Source: Acidobacteriota bacterium
GTDB taxonomy: Bacteria; Acidobacteriota; JAAYUB01
NCBI GenBank assembly: GCA_016935015.1
Contig: JAFGRT010000004.1
Coordinates: 1,985 to 65,984, forward strand
DNA length: 64,000 nucleotides
Direction of reading: 5' to 3'
A program made the translations under genes and the position numbers. The notes under the pieces are model-generated. The model worked only from the letters and a program-made list of their open reading frames with translations. It was not told the origin of the DNA and made no database searches. Positions 9,423-20,321 of this stretch are shown in pieces. Each line of letters starts with the position of its first letter. The stretch's first letter is position 1.

Positions 9423-10511
9423 TTATCGGTATTTGTACCACGCCGCGCAGGTACCTTCCGCGGACACCATGCAGGCGCCCACCGGGTGCTCGGGGGTACA
9501 GACCGTGCCAAAGAGACGGCAATGAACCGGATCGCGCCGCCCCTTGAGGATGTCGCCGCAGATACAACCCGGTGGTTCCTGCGCCGGCGGGCATTCCACC
9601 GCAAAACGCCGCGTCGCGTCATATTCCCGCCAGGACGACCGCAACGTAAGACCACTGCCCGGGATCATGCCGACGCCGCGCCAGTTGCCGTCACACGGCT
9701 CGAACACTTCCTTGAGCATATCCAATGCTGCAGGATTCCCGTCGGGGGACACCACCCGGGAATACTCATTGTCCACCCGCGGCTCGTCCCGAATCACCTG
9801 GCGCAGCAGCAGGTAAACGCCCTGCAGGATATCCAGCGGCTCAAAACCGGTCACAGCACAGGCCACGCCGAATTCCTGCGGCAGAAAATCATAAGCTTTC
9901 CAACCGATGACGGCGCTGACATGGGCCGGGCAGATGTACCCCTGCACCCCGATCCCTGGATCCGCCGCCAGGGCGCGCATAGCGGGAGGCATGGTCTTGT
10001 GCGCCACCAGCACGGAATAATTGGTGATTGACTGGCGACGAGCCTCCAGCAGAGACGCAGCGATGGTCGGGGCGGTGGTCTCGAAACCGATGGCCAGAAA
10101 AACGACTGGGCGCGCCGGATTCTCCCGAGCCAGTTTCAAGGCGTCCAGGGTCGAATATACCACCCGGACATCACACCCCTCACTGCGCGCCAGCTGCAGG
10201 CTGGACCGACTGCCGGGCACTTTCACCATGTCGCCGAAAGTGGCCATGATGACACCCTGCTGCGCGGCCAGTGCCAGAGCCGTGTCGATATATTCCATCC
10301 CCGTCACACACACCGGACAGCCCGGCCCCGAGATCAGCCGCACCGTCTCCGGCAGCAGCTCGCGGATACCGAACTTGTGTATGGCCATGGTATGGGAGCC
10401 GCACACTTCCATCAGGGTGATCCTCCGCCCATTCAGCGGCAGTCGACGAATCTTCTCCTGCAGACGCAAGGCATCTTTCGGTGAACGGTATTCCTGGAGG
10501 TATTTCAGCAT
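9423..10511 (-). CDS. hypD: [NiFe]-hydrogenase maturation factor HypD
   Basis: MEVCGSHTMAI, GPGCPVCV and FETT motifs, and a C-terminal CAAWYKYR. No other hyp genes are adjacent. Confidence 0.9.
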   Translation of the reverse strand: MLKYLQEYRSPKDALRLQEKIRRLPLNGRRITLMEVCGSHTMAIHKFGIRELLPETVRLISGPGCPVCVTGMEYIDTALALAAQQGVIMATFGDMVKVPGSRSSLQLARSEGCDVRVVYSTLDALKLARENPARPVVFLAIGFETTAPTIAASLLEARRQSITNYSVLVAHKTMPPAMRALAADPGIGVQGYICPAHVSAVIGWKAYDFLPQEFGVACAVTGFEPLDILQGVYLLLRQVIRDEPRVDNEYSRVVSPDGNPAALDMLKEVFEPCDGNWRGVGMIPGSGLTLRSSWREYDATRRFAVECPPAQEPPGCICGDILKGRRDPVHCRLFGTVCTPEHPVGACMVSAEGTCAAWYKYR

Positions 10512-10583
10512 GACGGTCTCAATCGCGATATTTTCCTGAAGATGCGGCCGATGGGGTGAAACGGTCCCCGCAGGCTGGTGCTC

Positions 10584-11339
10584 TCACTCGGTTGGCGGTT
10601 CGGGTTGGGTTTGTTTGAGATCGAAAGCAAAATCCCGGCTTAGTGTCAGTTCCTGCCGTGGAATAATGATCTGGATGAGTTGTTTTTTTTCGTTGGTGGT
10701 CAGGGTCACGCCCTGAAAGGCACCGATCGTAATGAAATAACGTTGCAGCCGCATCTCCCCCAGGGCAGTGGTCACGGTGGAATCGCCGGCAGCTTCAATG
10801 GTGGCAGTGAGTTCCTGGGCGATTTTGGGGATATACACCAGCATCTCCTGCTTGTTCTCGCCGCTCAGCTGGTCATAGCGCAGAACGAGAGGGTAATAGA
10901 GGCTGAAAACCGCCTCCTCCAGAATCCGGATGGGCCCGCTGAGTTCCGCCGTCCGGTTCAACACCCGCCCGCCCATATAGGCATTGTCAGATGCGCCGTC
11001 TTTGCCGAACTTGACATGGAGATAGCTTTCCGCGCCGTTTACCCAAAAATTTTCGTCATAATAGATAGGCTGATATTGTTTACCCATCCGCTCCGATGTC
11101 TGATAGCGGAAGAACATATTGCCGGCCCCCTTGGGCAACGTGAACTCGCTCAGCGTCTCCATGACGAAGTGATCCTTACCGTCCTGATAGAAGGAGTATT
11201 GTTCGTAACCGACCTCCGTATCCCGGAAATAAATAATCATTCGGCCCTGCTCCAGCAGCTTTTTTTGCCCTTCCTCGGGCGCGCCGCAAACGAAGGCTGT
11301 CAACAACAAACCGGCGACCAGGCAACGGTGAAATTTCAT
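10584..11339 (-). CDS. Hypothetical secreted/periplasmic protein
   Basis: N-terminal signal peptide, no recognisable family. The start is the ATG at 11339 or the GTG at 11342. Confidence 0.55.
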   Translation of the reverse strand: MKFHRCLVAGLLLTAFVCGAPEEGQKKLLEQGRMIIYFRDTEVGYEQYSFYQDGKDHFVMETLSEFTLPKGAGNMFFRYQTSERMGKQYQPIYYDENFWVNGAESYLHVKFGKDGASDNAYMGGRVLNRTAELSGPIRILEEAVFSLYYPLVLRYDQLSGENKQEMLVYIPKIAQELTATIEAAGDSTVTTALGEMRLQRYFITIGAFQGVTLTTNEKKQLIQIIIPRQELTLSRDFAFDLKQTQPEPPTE

Positions 11340-11345
11340 CACGTT

Positions 11346-11783
11346 TTACCCCTCTGTAACTTCAATTTCCTGTGAGGCCCGCTCCGCTTCCTTTTTGGGA
11401 ACGGTAACGGTGAGAGTGCCGTTCTTGATGACGGCTTCAATGTTGCCGGAGTCCACATCGACTTCGAAGGAAAAACTGCGGGAGAACTCACCGAATTCCC
11501 GCTCCATCTGATAGAAACACTCGGCGGCCGAATCCGGATCCGGTTTTTTTTCCCCCCGAATCCGCAAGACCTGCCCTTCCCACCATATCTCCAGATCATC
11601 CTGATGGACGCCCGGCACTTCCATGGAAATCAGAATGACCCGCTCCGTTTCGAAAATATCGGCGAGCGGCGCCCAGCCCAGTGGAGGCTTACGCCCCCCC
11701 GGCTTGTCTTCACCGGTGAATTGCTGCATCTGCCGATGCAAGAAGAATATGCCGTCAAAATCATCGAATTTGTCTTTGGGCAT
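11346..11783 (-). CDS. Small heat-shock protein, Hsp20/alpha-crystallin family
   Basis: GGAGGAG RBS. Alpha-crystallin domain (ADIFETERVILISMEVPG, GTLTVTVPK). Confidence 0.85.
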   Translation of the reverse strand: MPKDKFDDFDGIFFLHRQMQQFTGEDKPGGRKPPLGWAPLADIFETERVILISMEVPGVHQDDLEIWWEGQVLRIRGEKKPDPDSAAECFYQMEREFGEFSRSFSFEVDVDSGNIEAVIKNGTLTVTVPKKEAERASQEIEVTEG

Positions 11784-11817
11784 GGCGCTCCTCCAGACAG
11801 GGTGGGATCCGGCCCGG

Positions 11818-11857
11818 CGAATCCACGGCTGCCGTGACCGGTCGTCCAGTGGATTCG
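11818..11857 (-). promoter_or_regulatory. Perfect 9-bp inverted repeat in the Hsp20 5' leader (candidate operator or thermosensing hairpin)
   Basis: CGAATCCAC, 22 nt, GTGGATTCG. The spacer contains the palindrome GACCGGTC. It lies 35-74 nt upstream of the hsp20 ATG. Confidence 0.35.
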
Positions 11858-11885
11858 AAAAGTAATATATCACACTCCTGCATAT

Positions 11886-11914
11886 AAAAAAAGCCAGGCA
11901 GTGGCCTGGCTTTT
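11886..11914 (-). terminator. Intrinsic terminator ending the alpha operon after rplQ
   Basis: GCCAGGC-agtg-GCCTGGC hairpin flanked by A7 and T4 (T7 on the minus strand). Confidence 0.75.
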
Positions 11915-11944
11915 AGTCCTTCCATTCCGGTGGGGACCGGTGCA

Positions 11945-12556
11945 TTATTTTTTCTCATCCTCCGCTTCTTCTTCAGGAGCGGTTTCCGCTTCCGTTTCGG
12001 CCAATTTTTCTCCGTCAGCGGCCGCTTCCGCCTTGGTTTCTTCCTCTTCGTCGACTTCGGCTTCAGCTTCCGTGGGTTCCGATTCAACCGGTACGTCCGC
12101 TTCTTTCTTGGCGGCTTTCTTGCGCGAGGTCTTCGTTTTGGGAGTTTCCCCCGCTTTCTCTTTTTCCTTGGACTCCTTCTTGGGAGTTTCCTTTACAGGC
12201 TCCGAACCGATCAATTCGACGAGCGCCATCTCGGTTTTATCGCCATCACGATAGCCCAGTTTCAATATCCGGATATACCCCCCCGGACGATCGGCATAAC
12301 GCGGCGCGATTTCATCCATGACCTTGTGAGCGACATCCTTGCTCCGGACATAGGAGAGAATGTGGCGACGCGCGTGGAGGGTTCCCTTCCGGCCCTGGGT
12401 GATGAGCTTTTCCACTACCGGCCGCAGCTCCTTGGCTTTCGGCAGCGTCGTGACAATCCTCTCGTGCTCGAACAGGGCCGTGGCCATATTCCGAAACATG
12501 GCCCGTCGATGAGATGACGTCCGATTCAATTTTCGACCGGATACTCGATGTCGCAT
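11945..12556 (-). CDS. rplQ: 50S ribosomal protein L17 with a roughly 85-aa Lys/Glu/Ala-rich C-terminal extension
   Basis: The L17 core ([18 protein letters not shown]...) is followed by a low-complexity KE-rich tail. Confidence 0.9.
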   Translation of the reverse strand: MRHRVSGRKLNRTSSHRRAMFRNMATALFEHERIVTTLPKAKELRPVVEKLITQGRKGTLHARRHILSYVRSKDVAHKVMDEIAPRYADRPGGYIRILKLGYRDGDKTEMALVELIGSEPVKETPKKESKEKEKAGETPKTKTSRKKAAKKEADVPVESEPTEAEAEVDEEEETKAEAAADGEKLAETEAETAPEEEAEDEKK

Positions 12557-12578
12557 GATCAGTCTCCTCTTGTCTGCA

Positions 12579-13559
12579 CTATTTTTTTACAATCTTGCTG
12601 TTCTTGTCCAGGGATACGCCGAAAGACAGGCCCATCTCGGCCAGCACTTCCTTGATCTCATTGAGCGATTTGCGGCCGAAATTCTTCGTCTTGAGCATTT
12701 CGGCCTCGGTCTTTTGCACCAGATCGGCTATGGTCCGGATCTCGGCATTTTTCAGACAGTTGTAGGAACGGACCGACAATTCCAGCTCATCCACGGATTT
12801 TTGCAGGAACTCGTTGAGGATAGTATCTTCTTCGCTGACTTCCTCTTCCTCCTCCTCGACTTCCTCTTCAAATTCGATGAACAGGTACATGTGGTCTTTC
12901 AGAATCTTGGCCGCCTGACCGACGGCATCGGCCGGTTCGATGGTCCCGTTGGTCCATACTTCCAGAATCAGCCGGTCATAATCGGTGGCATAACCCAGAC
13001 GGGCGGCTTCCACCGCATAATTGACCTTCCGGATGGGAGAATGAATGGAATCCAGGGGGATATAGCCCAGTTCAAGTTCTTCGTCGAAATTTTCCTCGGC
13101 CGGGATGTAGCCACGGCCGACCCGCACCCGCATTTCCATCTTCAAACGCCCCCCCTCGCCCAATGTGGCGATATGAATATCGGGGTCCACGATCTCCACG
13201 TCCGGATCACTCTTGATATGGCTGGACTTCACTTCCACGGGGCCCTTGACATCCAGATAGATGATCTTTGTGTAGTCGACGTGCATCTTGATGGGGATCT
13301 GTTTCAGATTGAGAACGATGTCCGTGACATCTTCCATGACGCCACGAATCGTCGAGAATTCATGCAGCACACCGTCGATTTTGACCGCGGTGATAGCCGC
13401 CCCGGGTATGGACGACATCAGAATCCGCCGCAACGAGTTGCCGATGGTGGTGCCGAATCCCCGTTCAAAAGGCTGCGCAAAGAATTTCGTATAGGTCGGC
13501 GTTGCCGAATCCGGATCGTGCAGCAGTCTTTTGGGTTTCTGCAATTTCGGAAGTGTCAT
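12579..13559 (-). CDS. rpoA: DNA-directed RNA polymerase subunit alpha
   Basis: Alpha NTD and CTD ([11 protein letters not shown]). An acidic linker ([17 protein letters not shown]) separates them. Confidence 0.95.
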   Translation of the reverse strand: MTLPKLQKPKRLLHDPDSATPTYTKFFAQPFERGFGTTIGNSLRRILMSSIPGAAITAVKIDGVLHEFSTIRGVMEDVTDIVLNLKQIPIKMHVDYTKIIYLDVKGPVEVKSSHIKSDPDVEIVDPDIHIATLGEGGRLKMEMRVRVGRGYIPAEENFDEELELGYIPLDSIHSPIRKVNYAVEAARLGYATDYDRLILEVWTNGTIEPADAVGQAAKILKDHMYLFIEFEEEVEEEEEEVSEEDTILNEFLQKSVDELELSVRSYNCLKNAEIRTIADLVQKTEAEMLKTKNFGRKSLNEIKEVLAEMGLSFGVSLDKNSKIVKK

Positions 13560-13576
13560 GGGCTTCAGCCTCCAGT

Positions 13577-14206
13577 TTATTTCGAATAAAGCTCAACGAT
13601 CAGCTGCTCGTTGATTTCCAGGGTCACATGCTCCCGGCGCGGCGCTTCCAGCACCTTGCCCTTGGCATTTTCCAGGTCCAGGCTCAGCCACTCGGGGACG
13701 CCACGACTACCGGCGGTTTCAAGATTCTTGAAAAAGAAGGGATTTTTTTTGAAGGCCTCGACCACGGTAATCTCATCTCCCGGCCTCACCTGGGCTGACG
13801 GAATGTCTACCCGCTTGCCGTTGACAAGCACATGCCCATGACGGACAAATTGCCGGGCCTGATTCCGCGAAGTGCCGAAGCCCAGTCGATAGACGACATT
13901 GTCCAGCCGAAGCTCCAAGAGACGCAACAGGTTCTCGCCGGTCACGCCCCGCAGCCGCTCGGCCTCCTTGAAATAACGGCGAAACTGTTTCTCCAGCAAA
14001 CCGTAAATCCGTTTCACCTTCTGCTTTTCCCGGAGCTGCAGCCCGTAACCGCTGATCTTCTGGCGGCGGGATCGGCCCTGTTCGCCGGGGGGATAGGCGC
14101 GCCGGTTGATGGCGCAACTCTCCTTGAAACAGCGATCCCCTTTCAGAAACAGCTTCATGCCTTCGCGCCGGCACAACCTGCAGACCGATTCTTTATATCT
14201 GGCCAA
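13577..14206 (-). CDS. rpsD: 30S ribosomal protein S4
   Basis: [16 protein letters not shown]... TTG start with GGAGGA 6 nt upstream. Confidence 0.95.
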   Translation of the reverse strand: MARYKESVCRLCRREGMKLFLKGDRCFKESCAINRRAYPPGEQGRSRRQKISGYGLQLREKQKVKRIYGLLEKQFRRYFKEAERLRGVTGENLLRLLELRLDNVVYRLGFGTSRNQARQFVRHGHVLVNGKRVDIPSAQVRPGDEITVVEAFKKNPFFFKNLETAGSRGVPEWLSLDLENAKGKVLEAPRREHVTLEINEQLIVELYSK

Positions 14207-14230
14207 GGTAATCCTCCTACAGACTTTCGT

Positions 14231-14635
14231 TTATACTCTGCGCCGTTTTTTCGGGCGGCAGCCGTTGTGCGGGATGGGAGTAACATCCCGGATGGTTTTG
14301 ACCCGCAACCCAGCGTTACTGAGCGCCCGGATAGCCGACTCGCGGCCCGGTCCCGGGCCCTTGATTTCGACGTCCACTTCGCGCATACCACTGTCCATGG
14401 CCGTGCGCGCGGCGTTTTCGGCCGCCTGCTGGGCGGCAAACGGCGTACCCTTGCGCGAGCCCTTGAACCCGATGGTCCCGCCGCTGGCTGTTGAGACCGC
14501 GTTGCCGCTCACATCCGTAATGGTGATCAGCGTATTGTTGAACGATGTGTTGATGTGAGCCACCCCGACAGGGATGTTCTTTTTGACTTTCTTTTTGGCC
14601 GATCGACGACCGGCTGCTTTCTTTACTTTCGCCAT
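14231..14635 (-). CDS. rpsK: 30S ribosomal protein S11
   Basis: [18 protein letters not shown]... Confidence 0.95.
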   Translation of the reverse strand: MAKVKKAAGRRSAKKKVKKNIPVGVAHINTSFNNTLITITDVSGNAVSTASGGTIGFKGSRKGTPFAAQQAAENAARTAMDSGMREVDVEIKGPGPGRESAIRALSNAGLRVKTIRDVTPIPHNGCRPKKRRRV

Positions 14636-14662
14636 GAATATCTCCCACTATGCCTTGGTTCG

Positions 14663-15019
14663 CTACTTTTTCTTGCGGCGCGGGCCCTTGCGTGTCCGGG
14701 CGTTGGTATGGGTCCGCTGGCCGTGCACGGGCAGCCCCCGCCGATGACGGAGCCCGCGGTAACAGCCGATATCCATCAGTCGCTTGATGTTCAGGGACAC
14801 CTCTTTGCGCAAATCGCCCTCGATCCGGCCCTCTTCCACCAGGATGGCACGGATCTTGGCGATCTCCTCGGCGGAGAGGTCCTTGACCCGCTTGCCCGGA
14901 TCGATGCCCGCCCGGTCGAGAATGCTCTGCGAGCGTGATTGGCCGATCCCGTAAATATAGGTCAGACCGATGAGTATTTGCTTATGATCGGGTAAGTTGA
15001 TTCCTTCAATTCGTGCCAA
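14663..15019 (-). CDS. rpsM: 30S ribosomal protein S13
   Basis: ARIEGINLP... TTG start with GGAGG RBS. Confidence 0.95.
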   Translation of the reverse strand: MARIEGINLPDHKQILIGLTYIYGIGQSRSQSILDRAGIDPGKRVKDLSAEEIAKIRAILVEEGRIEGDLRKEVSLNIKRLMDIGCYRGLRHRRGLPVHGQRTHTNARTRKGPRRKKK

Positions 15020-15041
15020 GGGTAACCTCCATGCTCTTGAT

Positions 15042-15155
15042 TTAACCCTGTTTTTGCTTATGCCGCTTGTTTTCGCAAATGACCCGGATCACGCCTTTTC
15101 GACGAATCAGCTTGCATTTGGGGCATATCTTTTTGACCGACGCTCGTACTTTCAT
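15042..15155 (-). CDS. rpmJ: 50S ribosomal protein L36
   Basis: A hand translation gives [37 protein letters not shown] (37 aa), a C3H zinc ribbon. It is too short for the ORF track. Confidence 0.9.
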   Translation of the reverse strand: MKVRASVKKICPKCKLIRRKGVIRVICENKRHKQKQG

Positions 15156-15176
15156 GATGCATTCTCCAAATTACCA

Positions 15177-15395
15177 TTACTTGTAGCGATATATGATTCT
15201 TCCCCGCGTCAGGTCGTAGGGTGAAAGTTCCACCAGCACCTGATCACCGGGCAGAATACGGATAAAGTTCTTTCTCATTTTTCCCGACACATGGGCCAAG
15301 ACAAGATGTTTATTTTCCAGCTCCACCCGAAACATTGCGTTGGGTAGTGTTTCCACGATCGTTCCCATTACCTCGATGGCATCTTCTTTGGCCAT
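15177..15395 (-). CDS. infA: Translation initiation factor IF-1
   Basis: [41 protein letters not shown]... Internal ATG chosen. The longer ORF carries an N-terminal extension I do not believe. Confidence 0.95.
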   Translation of the reverse strand: MAKEDAIEVMGTIVETLPNAMFRVELENKHLVLAHVSGKMRKNFIRILPGDQVLVELSPYDLTRGRIIYRYK

Positions 15396-15403
15396 GCAGT
15401 CCT

Positions 15404-16042
15404 CTAATCCTCGGCAATTCTGGTTAGGATGACGGGGCCCGCCGGGGTCGCCATCACTGTTTGTAAACAACCGATTCCGGCCAAGCCGGCCTCGCTCGCG
15501 CCTTTCGATCGCGGCACCGCTGTTCCGGGTCTATCCAGCCGTAATCCCACCATCAACCGCTGGCCCGTTACCAGTCGCCGTCGCGCATCAACGCTCGCCC
15601 CTCCATCCAATGAACAGATCGAACGGCGAATGATCGGCCGCGGCGTCCATTCCCCGCCCACGTCCTTCGCTACGTGGTTCAGGGCGTGACGCACGGCCGC
15701 CACTGGTCCGCCCGCCACCACACAGGCGATCCCCCGATAGAGGGCCGCTTCCATGGCTTGCAGGCGGTCCTTCGTGTCCGTGGACACAGCGCCCACCCAC
15801 AGGGCGGCGGCCATGAGGGGCACCTCGGGGGTTGTCCGGATGACCACCTGAAGGATGTCCCCGCCCTGCATCGTCTCACCCGGATCGACCAATTCCCGGT
15901 CACCGCGCCTGATGGCCACGGTCGCCGTTACCGCATCACCGGTGTCGGGGTCCGGCTCCGAAACCGCACCGATCCAGGCCGAACGGTCGACCCGTTCGCC
16001 AAGACGGGCACCGGGCCGCGCCATGAAGCGGATCTGCTGCAT
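15404..16042 (-). CDS. Hypothetical protein occupying the usual map (methionine aminopeptidase) slot; family not recognised
   Basis: The ORF runs to 16147 but would overlap the adk C-terminus by 62 nt. The first codons have low GC3, and an internal ATG at 16042 gives a non-overlapping gene. The remainder has high GC3. It sits 9 nt upstream of infA on the same strand. It is not a MetAP. Confidence 0.5.
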   Translation of the reverse strand: MQQIRFMARPGARLGERVDRSAWIGAVSEPDPDTGDAVTATVAIRRGDRELVDPGETMQGGDILQVVIRTTPEVPLMAAALWVGAVSTDTKDRLQAMEAALYRGIACVVAGGPVAAVRHALNHVAKDVGGEWTPRPIIRRSICSLDGGASVDARRRLVTGQRLMVGLRLDRPGTAVPRSKGASEAGLAGIGCLQTVMATPAGPVILTRIAED

Positions 16043-16085
16043 GATTTCGGCCGCCCGGCGACACGCCCGGTCCAACGTGTCGGCG

Positions 16086-16751
16086 TTAACGGACAGCGCC
16101 GGAACCGTTCTGCCGGATAAGTCGGTTGATTCTGTCAAATATCTCACTCACATCGCCTTGGGCATCCACTGTATGCAGCAGATGCTGCCGGTCGTAATAG
16201 GCGATGAGCGGTTCCGTATGCTGCCGGTACACCGCAAGGCGGTTCCTGACCACGGCGGCGGTATCATCGGCCCGCTGCACCAGTTCGCCGCCACAAAGGT
16301 CACAGCGATTGTCTATCTCCGCCGGCGAGAAATAGACATTGGAAATAGCACCACATTTTACACAATTTCTTCGACCTGTCAAGCGCTTCATGAGGTCTTC
16401 CTCCGGCACATCCAATTGAATAACCTTCATTTGGAACCGGTTCTGTACCAGCCGGCCCAGTGCTTCCGCCTGGGCCACGGTCCGGGGAAAGCCATCCATC
16501 ACACAGCCGTCGGTGCAATCGTCGTGTTGCAGCCGCTCTTCAATGATCCCAATGACCACGTCGTCGGGCACCAGTTCGCCCGCATCCATGGCCGCCCTGG
16601 CTTTGAGACCGAGGGGTGTCTCGCGCCGCAGCGCTTCCCGCAGGATATCACCCGTCGAAATCTGGGGGAAGTGCAGTTCCGCTTCGATCCGTTTCGCCTG
16701 GGTACCCTTCCCGGAGCCCGGCGCGCCCAGCAATATCAGGATCGGCGCCAT
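16086..16751 (-). CDS. adk: Adenylate kinase (long form, Zn-binding lid)
   Basis: GAPGSGKGTQ P-loop. Lid CVKC...CDLC. Confidence 0.95.
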   Translation of the reverse strand: MAPILILLGAPGSGKGTQAKRIEAELHFPQISTGDILREALRRETPLGLKARAAMDAGELVPDDVVIGIIEERLQHDDCTDGCVMDGFPRTVAQAEALGRLVQNRFQMKVIQLDVPEEDLMKRLTGRRNCVKCGAISNVYFSPAEIDNRCDLCGGELVQRADDTAAVVRNRLAVYRQHTEPLIAYYDRQHLLHTVDAQGDVSEIFDRINRLIRQNGSGAVR

Positions 16752-16753
16752 GA

Positions 16754-18151
16754 TTAGCCCCTCCGGCCGCGGACCCGACCTCGCTTCAAAAATCCATCAT
16801 AATGCCGCATGATCAACTGGGACTCGATCTGGTTGACCGTATCCATGGCCACACCCACTACGATGAGCAGCGAGGTGCCACCGAAATAAAAGGTCACGCC
16901 CATGCCCTGGGTGACAAACTGCGGCAGGTTGTCATGCAACCATTCGCCGATACCCGGTACGGTACGCAGATGCACTCCGCTGATCAGAAAATCAGGCAGC
17001 AGCGACACCAACACCAAATAAATGCAGGCGGCGAAGGTGAGCCGGGTCATGATCCGGTCAATGAGTTCGGCCGTCCGCTTGCCGGGACGGATACCCGGAA
17101 TGAATCCGCCGAATTTGCGGACATTGTCCGCCACTTCCTTGGGATTGTAAATAATCCCGACATAAAAGAACGTGAAGAAAATGATGCCCAGTGCATACAC
17201 GAGAATATACAACGGATAGCCGTGGTTGAACTGGTCGGCGATGGCCTGCATCCACGACGTCTTGATCATATACTGCAGGGTCTGGGGCAGCGCCAGCAGC
17301 GAGGCAGCGAAGATGATGGGGATGACGCCGCCCACGTTCACCTTCAGGGGCAGGAACGTGCTCTGACCGCCGTACACCCGGCGTCCCACCACTTTCTTGG
17401 CGTACTGGATGGGGATCTTGCGTTGGCCCCGTTCCACCAGGACCACAAAGGCCACCACCAAGACCATGATCACCAGCAGCATCATGACCAGCAACAGGTT
17501 GCCATCGGTCACCTGCTGATACATCCAGGTCACCCCGCTGGGTAATCCGACGACGATACCGGCGAAAATGATCAGGGAAATGCCGTTACCGATGCCGCGC
17601 TCGGAGATCTGCTCGCCCAGCCACATGATGAAGGCGGTGCCCGTCGTCAGTGTCAGCACCGTCAGAATGCGAAATCCCCAGCCGGGGCTCAACACGATGG
17701 GTGCGCCGTCCAGCGACGGCTGCTGTTCCAGAAAATAGGCCGTGGCAAAGGACTGGAAAATGCTGAGCACGATGGTCAGGTAGCGGGTGTACTGGGTAAT
17801 CTTCTTGCGCCCGAGTTCGCCCTCCTTGGACAATTTCTCCATGTAGGGCCAGACCACTGTGAGCAACTGAAAAATAATGGATGCCGTGATGTAAGGGGTG
17901 ATCCCCAGGGCAAAAATGCTGAACCGGGCGAGATTGCCGCCCGTGAACAAGTCGAAGAGTCCCAGCAGCGAGCCACCCGCCTGGCTGAACAACGCCTGCA
18001 AGGCATCGGCATTGACGCCCGGCGTCGTGATCCAGGACCCGACCCGGTAAACAGCCAGCATGGCCAGCATGAACAGGACCCGGTTGCGCAAATCGGGAAT
18101 GGAAAAAATATTCTTTACGGATTCAAGTACTTTGCTTTCACCGTTTGCCAT
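16754..18151 (-). CDS. secY: Preprotein translocase subunit SecY
   Basis: Start taken at MANGESKV (GAGG RBS). The full ORF start would overlap rplO by 62 nt. Ten TM helices with the typical SecY sequence. Confidence 0.95.
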   Translation of the reverse strand: MANGESKVLESVKNIFSIPDLRNRVLFMLAMLAVYRVGSWITTPGVNADALQALFSQAGGSLLGLFDLFTGGNLARFSIFALGITPYITASIIFQLLTVVWPYMEKLSKEGELGRKKITQYTRYLTIVLSIFQSFATAYFLEQQPSLDGAPIVLSPGWGFRILTVLTLTTGTAFIMWLGEQISERGIGNGISLIIFAGIVVGLPSGVTWMYQQVTDGNLLLVMMLLVIMVLVVAFVVLVERGQRKIPIQYAKKVVGRRVYGGQSTFLPLKVNVGGVIPIIFAASLLALPQTLQYMIKTSWMQAIADQFNHGYPLYILVYALGIIFFTFFYVGIIYNPKEVADNVRKFGGFIPGIRPGKRTAELIDRIMTRLTFAACIYLVLVSLLPDFLISGVHLRTVPGIGEWLHDNLPQFVTQGMGVTFYFGGTSLLIVVGVAMDTVNQIESQLIMRHYDGFLKRGRVRGRRG

Positions 18152-18602
18152 CGATAACCTCGACTTTACCGCCCGCTTTGGTAATTTTTTCCGTCGCACT
18201 CTTGCTGAATTTGTGCGCCCGAACCGTCAGCTTCTTCTTCAGATCGCCGTCACCCAGGATCTTCAGGCCCGCCTTCAGGTCGCGGCAAATGCCCTCGTCA
18301 TGCAACCGCTCGGGGGTGATGATTTCGTCATCGTCGAACCGGTTCAGATCGGCCAGGTTTACGACGGCGTACTCTTTGCGGAAGATATTGGTGAAGCCGC
18401 GCTTGGGCAGACGCCGGTACAGCGGCATCTGGCCGCCCTCGAATCCGGCCCGATGGGAATAGCCGGAACGGGATTTCTGGCCTTTATGGCCTCGGCCGGC
18501 CGTTTTGCCCAGGCCGGAGCCGGGTCCGCGACCGACGCGCTTGCGGCTTCGATTGGCACCCGGATGTCGTTTCAGATTATGCAGTCCAATGCCCATAGTC
18601 AT
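18138..18602 (-). CDS. rplO: 50S ribosomal protein L15
   Basis: [26 protein letters not shown]... Confidence 0.95.
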   Translation of the reverse strand: MTMGIGLHNLKRHPGANRSRKRVGRGPGSGLGKTAGRGHKGQKSRSGYSHRAGFEGGQMPLYRRLPKRGFTNIFRKEYAVVNLADLNRFDDDEIITPERLHDEGICRDLKAGLKILGDGDLKKKLTVRAHKFSKSATEKITKAGGKVEVIDGKR

Positions 18603-18607
18603 TCACC

Positions 18608-18805
18608 TTACTCGATGATTTCCACCAGATGGGGAATCTTCGCCACCATGCCGCGGACGGCCGGTGTATCTTCCCGCTCCACCACCTGATTCAGCTTGCG
18701 CAGTCCCAGGCTTCGCACCACGAGGCGTTGCGGCTCCGGTTTGCCGATCACACTGCGCACGTATTTTACCCGGATGGTCTTCTGTTTCTTTTTCGCTGCA
18801 CTCAT
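18608..18805 (-). CDS. rpmD: 50S ribosomal protein L30
   Basis: [32 protein letters not shown]. Confidence 0.9.
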   Translation of the reverse strand: MSAAKKKQKTIRVKYVRSVIGKPEPQRLVVRSLGLRKLNQVVEREDTPAVRGMVAKIPHLVEIIE

Positions 18806-19308
18806 GAGAGGATCTCCTCGATGGGCTTGCCGCGTTTCCGAGCGATTTCATTGGGCTGGGTCAAATTTTCCAGTCCCCGGAAAGTGGCCCGGATGACATT
18901 GTGCGGATTCTTGGAGCCAATGGACTTGGTCAGAATATCCTTAACGCCGGCAACTTCCAGGATGGCCCGTACCGCACCGCCGGCGATGACGCCGGTCCCC
19001 GGTCCGGCGGGCTTCATCACTACCTGGCCTGCACCGAACACACCGTTCACGGCATGATGGATGGTGCCGCCGTGCAACGGAACAGTGATCAAGTTGCGCT
19101 TTGCCTGGTCGATCCCTTTGCGGATGGCCAGGGGGACTTCCTTGGCTTTGCCCTTGCCGAATCCGACGCGGCCGTTCTGGTCGCCCACCACCACCAGAGC
19201 GCTGAAGCTCAGGTTCTTGCCGCCTTTCACCACTTTGGTCACACGGTTGATGGCGACCACCCGTTCGACAAATTCGGATTCTTCCGTATCAAACTTTCTT
19301 ACGTCCAC
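18802..19308 (-). CDS. rpsE: 30S ribosomal protein S5
   Basis: [27 protein letters not shown]... GTG start with AAGGTGGA RBS. Confidence 0.95.
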   Translation of the reverse strand: MDVRKFDTEESEFVERVVAINRVTKVVKGGKNLSFSALVVVGDQNGRVGFGKGKAKEVPLAIRKGIDQAKRNLITVPLHGGTIHHAVNGVFGAGQVVMKPAGPGTGVIAGGAVRAILEVAGVKDILTKSIGSKNPHNVIRATFRGLENLTQPNEIARKRGKPIEEILS

Positions 19309-19332
19309 GTTTCTTCCACCTTACCCTGAAAT

Positions 19333-19701
19333 TTAAAACTTGAGCCCGCCTTCACGCGCGCCCTCGGCCAGGCTCTTCACCCGGCCGTGATAAATGTAGC
19401 CGCCGCGATCAAACACAATGGTCTCAATCCCTTTTTCCTTGGCCCGTTTGGCCACCAGCACGCCCACCTGCTTGGCCGCCTCCCGGTTGCCGCTGTTCTT
19501 CAGCTTGGCCTGGAGCTCCTTGTCCAGGGTCGAGGCGGCGACCAACGTCTGCCCCTGCGTATCGTCGATCACCTGCGCATAGATATGATTCAGGCTCCGG
19601 TGGACGCACAGCCGGGGACGTTCCGTCGTGCCGGTTATTTTTTTCCGGACCCGCAGGTGTTTGCGCTCATGCCGTTCATCTCTGGTTTTAATCTTGCTCA
19701 T
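19333..19701 (-). CDS. rplR: 50S ribosomal protein L18
   Basis: Internal ATG at [22 protein letters not shown]. The upstream ORF extension is antisense noise. Confidence 0.95.
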   Translation of the reverse strand: MSKIKTRDERHERKHLRVRKKITGTTERPRLCVHRSLNHIYAQVIDDTQGQTLVAASTLDKELQAKLKNSGNREAAKQVGVLVAKRAKEKGIETIVFDRGGYIYHGRVKSLAEGAREGGLKF

Positions 19702-19735
19702 GACTGATACCCTGTTATACTTTCCTGTGATTTCC

Positions 19736-20296
19736 TTACGCGGTCTTCTTGCCTTCCTTGAGGCGGATTTCCTCGCCCACGTATCGCAGGCCCTTGCCCT
19801 TGTAAGAATCAGGCGGCCGTTTGCCGCGGATATCGGCGGCAATCTGGCCCACCTTTTGGCGATCGATCCCTTCCACGGTGATGGTGGCGATGAAACCGGT
19901 GAATTTCTTCTTCTCTTTTTCGATCTGCACTGTGATTCCATCGGGCATGGGCATCTCCACGGAATGGGAATATCCCAGATTCATGACCAGCATATTGCCG
20001 TTCACCTCGGCCTTGTAGCCAATGCCGATGAGATCCAGCTGTCGGCGGAAGCCTACAGACACGCCGGTCACCATGTTGTTCACCAGGCTCCGGACCAGTC
20101 CGTGAAATGCACGTTGGGATTTGCTGTCATCCCGACGATGGACGACGATCTGGCCTTCTTCCATGATCACACTGATGCCATCGGGAATCGTCTGGGTGAG
20201 GGTTCCCTTGGGGCCCTTCACTTCCACCAGGCGGTTCTTGACGTTGAGAGTCACGCCGCCGGGTACGGGTATGGGTTTTTTTCCTATTCTCGACAT
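19736..20296 (-). CDS. rplF: 50S ribosomal protein L6
   Basis: [19 protein letters not shown]... Confidence 0.95.
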   Translation of the reverse strand: MSRIGKKPIPVPGGVTLNVKNRLVEVKGPKGTLTQTIPDGISVIMEEGQIVVHRRDDSKSQRAFHGLVRSLVNNMVTGVSVGFRRQLDLIGIGYKAEVNGNMLVMNLGYSHSVEMPMPDGITVQIEKEKKKFTGFIATITVEGIDRQKVGQIAADIRGKRPPDSYKGKGLRYVGEEIRLKEGKKTA

Positions 20297-20321
20297 TTGG
20301 TCACCATTTCACCAATCGGAT

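Noticed and set aside
15396-15470. N-terminal 25-aa extension of infA (and similar upstream extensions on rpsL, rpsC, rplR, rplX, rpsH, rplC, secY)
   Set aside because: The conserved protein N-termini begin at internal ATG/GTG/TTG codons with good SD sequences. The extensions would overlap upstream genes and have no homology.
16043-16147. First 35 codons of ORF 15404..16147
   Set aside because: The first codons have low GC3, unlike the rest. The region overlaps the adk C-terminus by 62 nt, so the start was moved to an internal ATG with low confidence.
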